Shown here: positions 60,583 to 64,000 of the stretch, one piece after another
How the letters are laid out: each line of letters opens with the position of its first letter
Numbering within the stretch: the first letter of the stretch is position 1
NCBI GenBank assembly: GCA_041738615.1
Contig: JBGSPL010000003.1
Span: 114,352-178,351 of the forward strand
Source of the DNA: Patescibacteria group bacterium
Lineage (GTDB): Bacteria; Patescibacteriota; CPR2; UBA1875; CAIMLA01
DNA length: 64,000 bases
Reading direction: 5' to 3'
The notes under the pieces: model-generated
Database searches by the model: none
What the model saw: the letters and a program-made list of their open reading frames with translations, nothing else
Told to the model about the DNA's origin: nothing
Translations under genes and position numbers: made by a program

Positions 60583-61509
60583 TTATTTAGAACTGCTTAG
60601 ATACTGCTCTATAGCGGGGACAATCTGTTTCTTTCGCGACAACACTCCTGGGCAGTCCAGAATAGAATCAGCGGTACTGCCACCAAATGCAGCCTCCACT
60701 AGGGCTTCCTCTTCCTCGCCAACTACCACGAAGTCACCTTTTTGCTCAAGGATGTCGATGACGGCAAAGAGGATGTAATCGAGTCCTTCGGCGTTCTTTT
60801 TAGCTTCAAGCGCTTCGAGGATCTCCTCCTTTCGCTCAAGCACTACGACCGGCAACACGGTTTCCCACACCCCAATACCGACTTTTTTATCCGCAATACT
60901 AAAGACTTTATAGTCTTTGCCGATAAGCTCCTCTGTCGACATCTCCGAAATGTCCGACTTTGCCGCAAACAGCTTGGTTGCCAGCTCGTCTACATCGACT
61001 GCTGCAATTTTCTCAAGAGTTGCTACTACTTCTCGGTCTCTATCGGTCGTTGTAGGCGAAGTAAGGTTGAGGGTGTCTGAGACTACCCCGGCAAGAAGCA
61101 ATCCGGCAATTTCTGCGCTCATTTCTACCTTATTTTTCTCATAACTACCGTAAACGATAGTAGAGGTTGACCCCACTGGACGCATAGTCACCGAGATTGG
61201 CCCCGAGGTGGATAGCCCTCCTAGCTTATGATGGTCAAAGATCCCAACAATTTCCTCTGTTTTCACATTTTCATGAATCTGGTCTCGTTCATTGTGGTCT
61301 ACGAGTACCACTTTCTTCTCGTCTGGTGAAATGAGTGCGGGTGACGTAAAGCCAAATTTACTCAAAGCGAGCAATGTCTCTTTGTTCAGGTCTCCAGCTA
61401 CAGCTGCTTCAAAGTCCTTACCCATGGTCTTCTTTAGCTCTGCCAGTGCAATAGCCGAAACTACCGAGTCGGTATCCGGGTTTTTGTGTCCTACAATATA
61501 GGTTTTCAT
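60583..61509 (-). CDS. ppaC: Manganese-dependent inorganic pyrophosphatase (family II, DHH-DHHA2)
   Basis: HKNPDTDS, DHN, DHH motifs; DHHA2 C-terminal domain. Confidence 0.85.
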   Translation of the reverse strand: MKTYIVGHKNPDTDSVVSAIALAELKKTMGKDFEAAVAGDLNKETLLALSKFGFTSPALISPDEKKVVLVDHNERDQIHENVKTEEIVGIFDHHKLGGLSTSGPISVTMRPVGSTSTIVYGSYEKNKVEMSAEIAGLLLAGVVSDTLNLTSPTTTDRDREVVATLEKIAAVDVDELATKLFAAKSDISEMSTEELIGKDYKVFSIADKKVGIGVWETVLPVVVLERKEEILEALEAKKNAEGLDYILFAVIDILEQKGDFVVVGEEEEALVEAAFGGSTADSILDCPGVLSRKKQIVPAIEQYLSSSK

Positions 61510-62264
61510 AGTTGTTCTCCGTTTCTTGCCTGATATATCTTCTCTACTTCGGCGAGCTGCTCAGGTGTATTTACTCCGAGAGTTTCTTTCGCATTACAGG
61601 CAGTAAGTACCCGAATCTTCCCGCCTTCTTTCTTTATTATACCAAGAACGTCGGTAAGATAGTATTCGCCTTGTGCATTTGCCGTCCCTACTTGGTGAAG
61701 TGCCTCAAATAGTTTCCCTGAATTGAAGGCATAGACACCCGTATTTACTTCATTAACACCCTTCTCCTCTGTAGTAGCATCTTTTTCTTCAACGATGCGG
61801 TTTAGGTTCCCATAGTCGTCGCGAATAATTCGCCCATAGGCGTATGGGTTCTCCAATACAGCAGTAAGGACAGTGACATCAGCACCTGTCTCCTGATGAT
61901 AGCTAATCAGTTTAGAAATAGTCCCCGGAGAAATCAGGGGTGCGTCTCCAGCAAGAACCACTACAGTGGCGTCTGGTTCCGAAATTAGACCTTCTGCCAT
62001 AAGCACAGCGTGGCCTGTGCCTTTCTGCTCTTTTTGCAGCGCATAGATGACATTGTGGTCTAGACTACTTTTGACGTGGTCAGCCTTGTGACCCACAACC
62101 AGTATATTGTTCTCGATTCCAGCCCGCTCAGCCGCCAAAATAACATGGCTCGCCATGGTCATGCCACCCACAGCATGAAGGACCTTCGGTAGGTCTGAAC
62201 CCATCCGAGTTCCCTTACCAGCTGCTAAGATGATTGAATATATTTTTTTCATGTTGTTCTCCAA
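61506..62264 (-). CDS. Sugar-1-phosphate nucleotidyltransferase (GlmU N-terminal domain-like)
   Basis: LAAGKGTRM glycosyltransferase-A-like pyrophosphorylase motif; lacks C-terminal acetyltransferase hexapeptide domain. Confidence 0.75.
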   Translation of the reverse strand: MENNMKKIYSIILAAGKGTRMGSDLPKVLHAVGGMTMASHVILAAERAGIENNILVVGHKADHVKSSLDHNVIYALQKEQKGTGHAVLMAEGLISEPDATVVVLAGDAPLISPGTISKLISYHQETGADVTVLTAVLENPYAYGRIIRDDYGNLNRIVEEKDATTEEKGVNEVNTGVYAFNSGKLFEALHQVGTANAQGEYYLTDVLGIIKKEGGKIRVLTACNAKETLGVNTPEQLAEVEKIYQARNGEQL

Positions 62265-62315
62265 ATAAAAATGGCCTTCCGGCCGCCTTATTCTAGCAAA
62301 GTGTGATAACCTTTT

Positions 62316-63359
62316 CTAGGATTTGGCCTTCTTTTTGATGTCAATCAGTCCGAGTCTCCATGCTATGGCAAAAAGAATCCCAGCAGTGATGGCAAAGGTA
62401 GTGACTGCCTGCGGATTCGTCATGTGCGTAGAGAGGATTGCGATAACACCAAGGATAATATTTACCCCGTAGATAATGAAAGCCGTCTGTTTGTGACTAA
62501 AGCCCTTGTGCATGATGCGGTGGTGGAGGTGGGCACTATCTGGCTCGAATGGACTCTTACCAGAAAGTAATCTGCGGACTATGGCAAATCCTGTATCAAA
62601 GATTGGAATCGCGAGGACTAGCATCGGTAGCAGCATCGAGAATGCAGCCGCAACCTTTACCATACCCATGATTGAGACCACCGCCAGTGAGTAACCCAAG
62701 AAATTCGAGCCAGCATCGCCCATGAACATTTTGCGGTTACAATTTTGGGAGAAATTGGTAGGCAAAAAGGCAAACGCAGCAGCTCCAATCGTGAATGCGA
62801 GTACCGCAGCGTCGTATCGTCCAGAGAGCAATGCTACCATGCCCAGTGTCCATGCCGAGATTCCAGAGACGCCGGCCGCTAGGCCGTCTAGTCCGTCCAG
62901 AAAGTTGATAGCATTGGCGACTCCTACGATCCAGATAAATGTAAACGGCAATGAGAGAAAGCCGAGATTGATCAGTCCTCCATCCGCAGGGTTACCAACA
63001 AACTCAATCCGTACTCCCGAGTAGATAACAATAAGGGCAGCTAGAATCTGGCCAAAAAACTTCGTGATGGGTGGCAAATCGAAGATATCATCGAGTAGGC
63101 CAATACCAGTAATAACTGTGCCCCCTAGCAAGAACCCAAGAACCTCTGGACTGGTGCGGTTAAAGAAGAGTATTGCAATCAGAAAACCAAAGAATATGGC
63201 AACGCCACCACTCTGAGGTACGGCAAAGCCATGCTGTTTACGTTCATTGGGGAGAGCCATCGCCCCAACCTTTTGGGAGAGACGACGGACAATCGGTAGT
63301 AGTATCATTGTTACTACCGCTGCAAATAAGGGTAATATAAATAGTTTTGGAGTAATCAT
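62316..63359 (-). CDS. Glycosyltransferase family 4 polyprenyl-phosphate sugar-1-phosphate transferase (MraY/WecA-like)
   Basis: 10-11 TM; DDxxD-like GLLDDIFDL and NAINFLDGLDGL motifs. Confidence 0.8.
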   Translation of the reverse strand: MITPKLFILPLFAAVVTMILLPIVRRLSQKVGAMALPNERKQHGFAVPQSGGVAIFFGFLIAILFFNRTSPEVLGFLLGGTVITGIGLLDDIFDLPPITKFFGQILAALIVIYSGVRIEFVGNPADGGLINLGFLSLPFTFIWIVGVANAINFLDGLDGLAAGVSGISAWTLGMVALLSGRYDAAVLAFTIGAAAFAFLPTNFSQNCNRKMFMGDAGSNFLGYSLAVVSIMGMVKVAAAFSMLLPMLVLAIPIFDTGFAIVRRLLSGKSPFEPDSAHLHHRIMHKGFSHKQTAFIIYGVNIILGVIAILSTHMTNPQAVTTFAITAGILFAIAWRLGLIDIKKKAKS

Positions 63360-63368
63360 CTTCGAGAG

Positions 63369-64000
63369 CTATCTTACCACATTATGGCCGAATTGGGCAT
63401 ATTTTTCGTATATATTCTCGATGGCTTCCCACATTTTTGCTGCAGTCAGGTGAAGCAGGGCGTATTGTTTTGCTTCTTTTGACTTCTTTTGCAAGACGCT
63501 CTTGTCGCCTATAGCTTCGTTCAGAGCCTTCGATAACGAAATCACAGAACCATTCTCAAAAAGAGTTCCTAGTTCACCGTTCTTCAAAAGAAGTTTATGG
63601 GCATCGCAATCGGATGCAACTACTGGCACCCCAAGGAGCATTGCCTCTTCTACGGCCATCGGCATGTTTTCTATTAGGGATGGCTGAATATATATGTCGG
63701 CAGCAGCAGTAATCCGGTATCCATCTTCAACATTTCCCAGGAATAGCAACCGTTCAAAAATCTTGAGCTTCTTAGCCAACGCCTTCATCTCTTCCAGGAG
63801 CGCGCCGTCTCCTGCTAGCAGCAGGACCGCTTCCTGGTCTTCTAGCTTAGCAAAAGCCCTCAGAAGCAATGCATGCCCCTTTTCCTCTGTGAATCTGCCC
63901 ACATAGCAGAGCGCTTTGGTCCCACCATCGACACTATACTGCTTACGGATACCTGTCTTGTCTACTTTTCCCAATTCCACACCATTCAGGATGGTAACAA
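63369..64000 (-). CDS. Glycosyltransferase family 1, C-terminal part (gene continues past window end)
   Basis: GT1 C-terminal Rossmann pattern EEKGHALLL..., E...PSLIENMPMAVEEAM. Confidence 0.7.
   Translation of the reverse strand, partial: VTILNGVELGKVDKTGIRKQYSVDGGTKALCYVGRFTEEKGHALLLRAFAKLEDQEAVLLLAGDGALLEEMKALAKKLKIFERLLFLGNVEDGYRITAAADIYIQPSLIENMPMAVEEAMLLGVPVVASDCDAHKLLLKNGELGTLFENGSVISLSKALNEAIGDKSVLQKKSKEAKQYALLHLTAAKMWEAIENIYEKYAQFGHNVVR

Overview
The window looks like a compact, moderately AT-rich bacterial chromosome. Core genes run about 45-50% GC, and many small membrane or hypothetical genes are near 35%. Gene content is that of a reduced-genome organism, and CPR/Patescibacteria-like is an inference only. 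Recognisable native content is listed below.

- yebC, and a ComEC split into an N-terminal channel gene and a separate MBL-domain gene.
- The hrcA-grpE-dnaK-dnaJ operon with two tandem CIRCE operators.
- A group-3b [NiFe]-hydrogenase operon (hydB, hydG, hydD, hydA) headed by two stand-alone receiver-domain genes, plus hypC.
- A complete F1Fo ATP synthase operon (atpZ-like through atpC).
- tilS, ftsH, murJ, lepA, a hemerythrin-like gene, a VanW protein, an AI-2E transporter and a GGDEF cyclase.
- rpmH-rnpA-yidD, a family II pyrophosphatase, a GlmU-N-like nucleotidyltransferase, a GT4 MraY/WecA-type transferase and a partial GT1 transferase.
- Six tRNAs: fMet, Lys-TTT, Met-CAT, a second CAT tRNA, Asn-GTT, and a 71-nt tRNA with an atypical AAC anticodon.
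- A roughly 5.7 kb AT-rich integrative element (30824-36572) carrying an XRE regulator, several small membrane ORFs, an SDH/ClpP-like protease with two unknown ORFs, and a large serine recombinase. It abuts a tRNA-CAT and is flanked by a 15-bp direct repeat of the tRNA 3' end.

The most unusual signal is a set of at least eight GC-rich (about 58-65%) cassettes, labelled islands A-H, inserted into intergenic regions. They sit at 1.0-2.2, 3.6-4.1, 5.5-6.3, 12.9-15.8, 26.06-26.7, 44.3-47.4, 49.3-50.2 and 58.9-59.8 kb. Each is a self-contained expression module, and they share four features.

- Near-consensus sigma70 promoters sit in short AT-rich linkers, for example TTGACA-N17-TAGAAT, TTGAAA-N17-TATAAT and TTGACC-N14-TATAAT.
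- A shared purine-rich ribosome-binding site of GAGAGGGG/GAGGGGAG type lies 5-10 nt before the start codon, unlike the native AAGGAG sites.
- Each leader carries a palindrome, including a perfect 17-bp inverted repeat and a perfect 15-bp inverted repeat.
- Long GC-rich hairpin terminators close each gene. Two are duplicated within an island: a 70-nt perfect direct repeat occurs twice in island D, and a roughly 56-nt repeat occurs twice in island F.

The encoded proteins have no domains I can recognise, with two exceptions. The island G gene is a GC-rich xenolog of the adjacent native Cys-Asp-Arg/His-x-x-Cys (beta-carbonic-anhydrase-like) gene. The island F gene encodes a 725-aa protein built from three ~85-aa internal repeats. 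Functions are unknown. Candidate explanations are horizontally acquired morons or cassettes from a high-GC donor, or an undescribed modular accessory system. I cannot run searches to decide between them.
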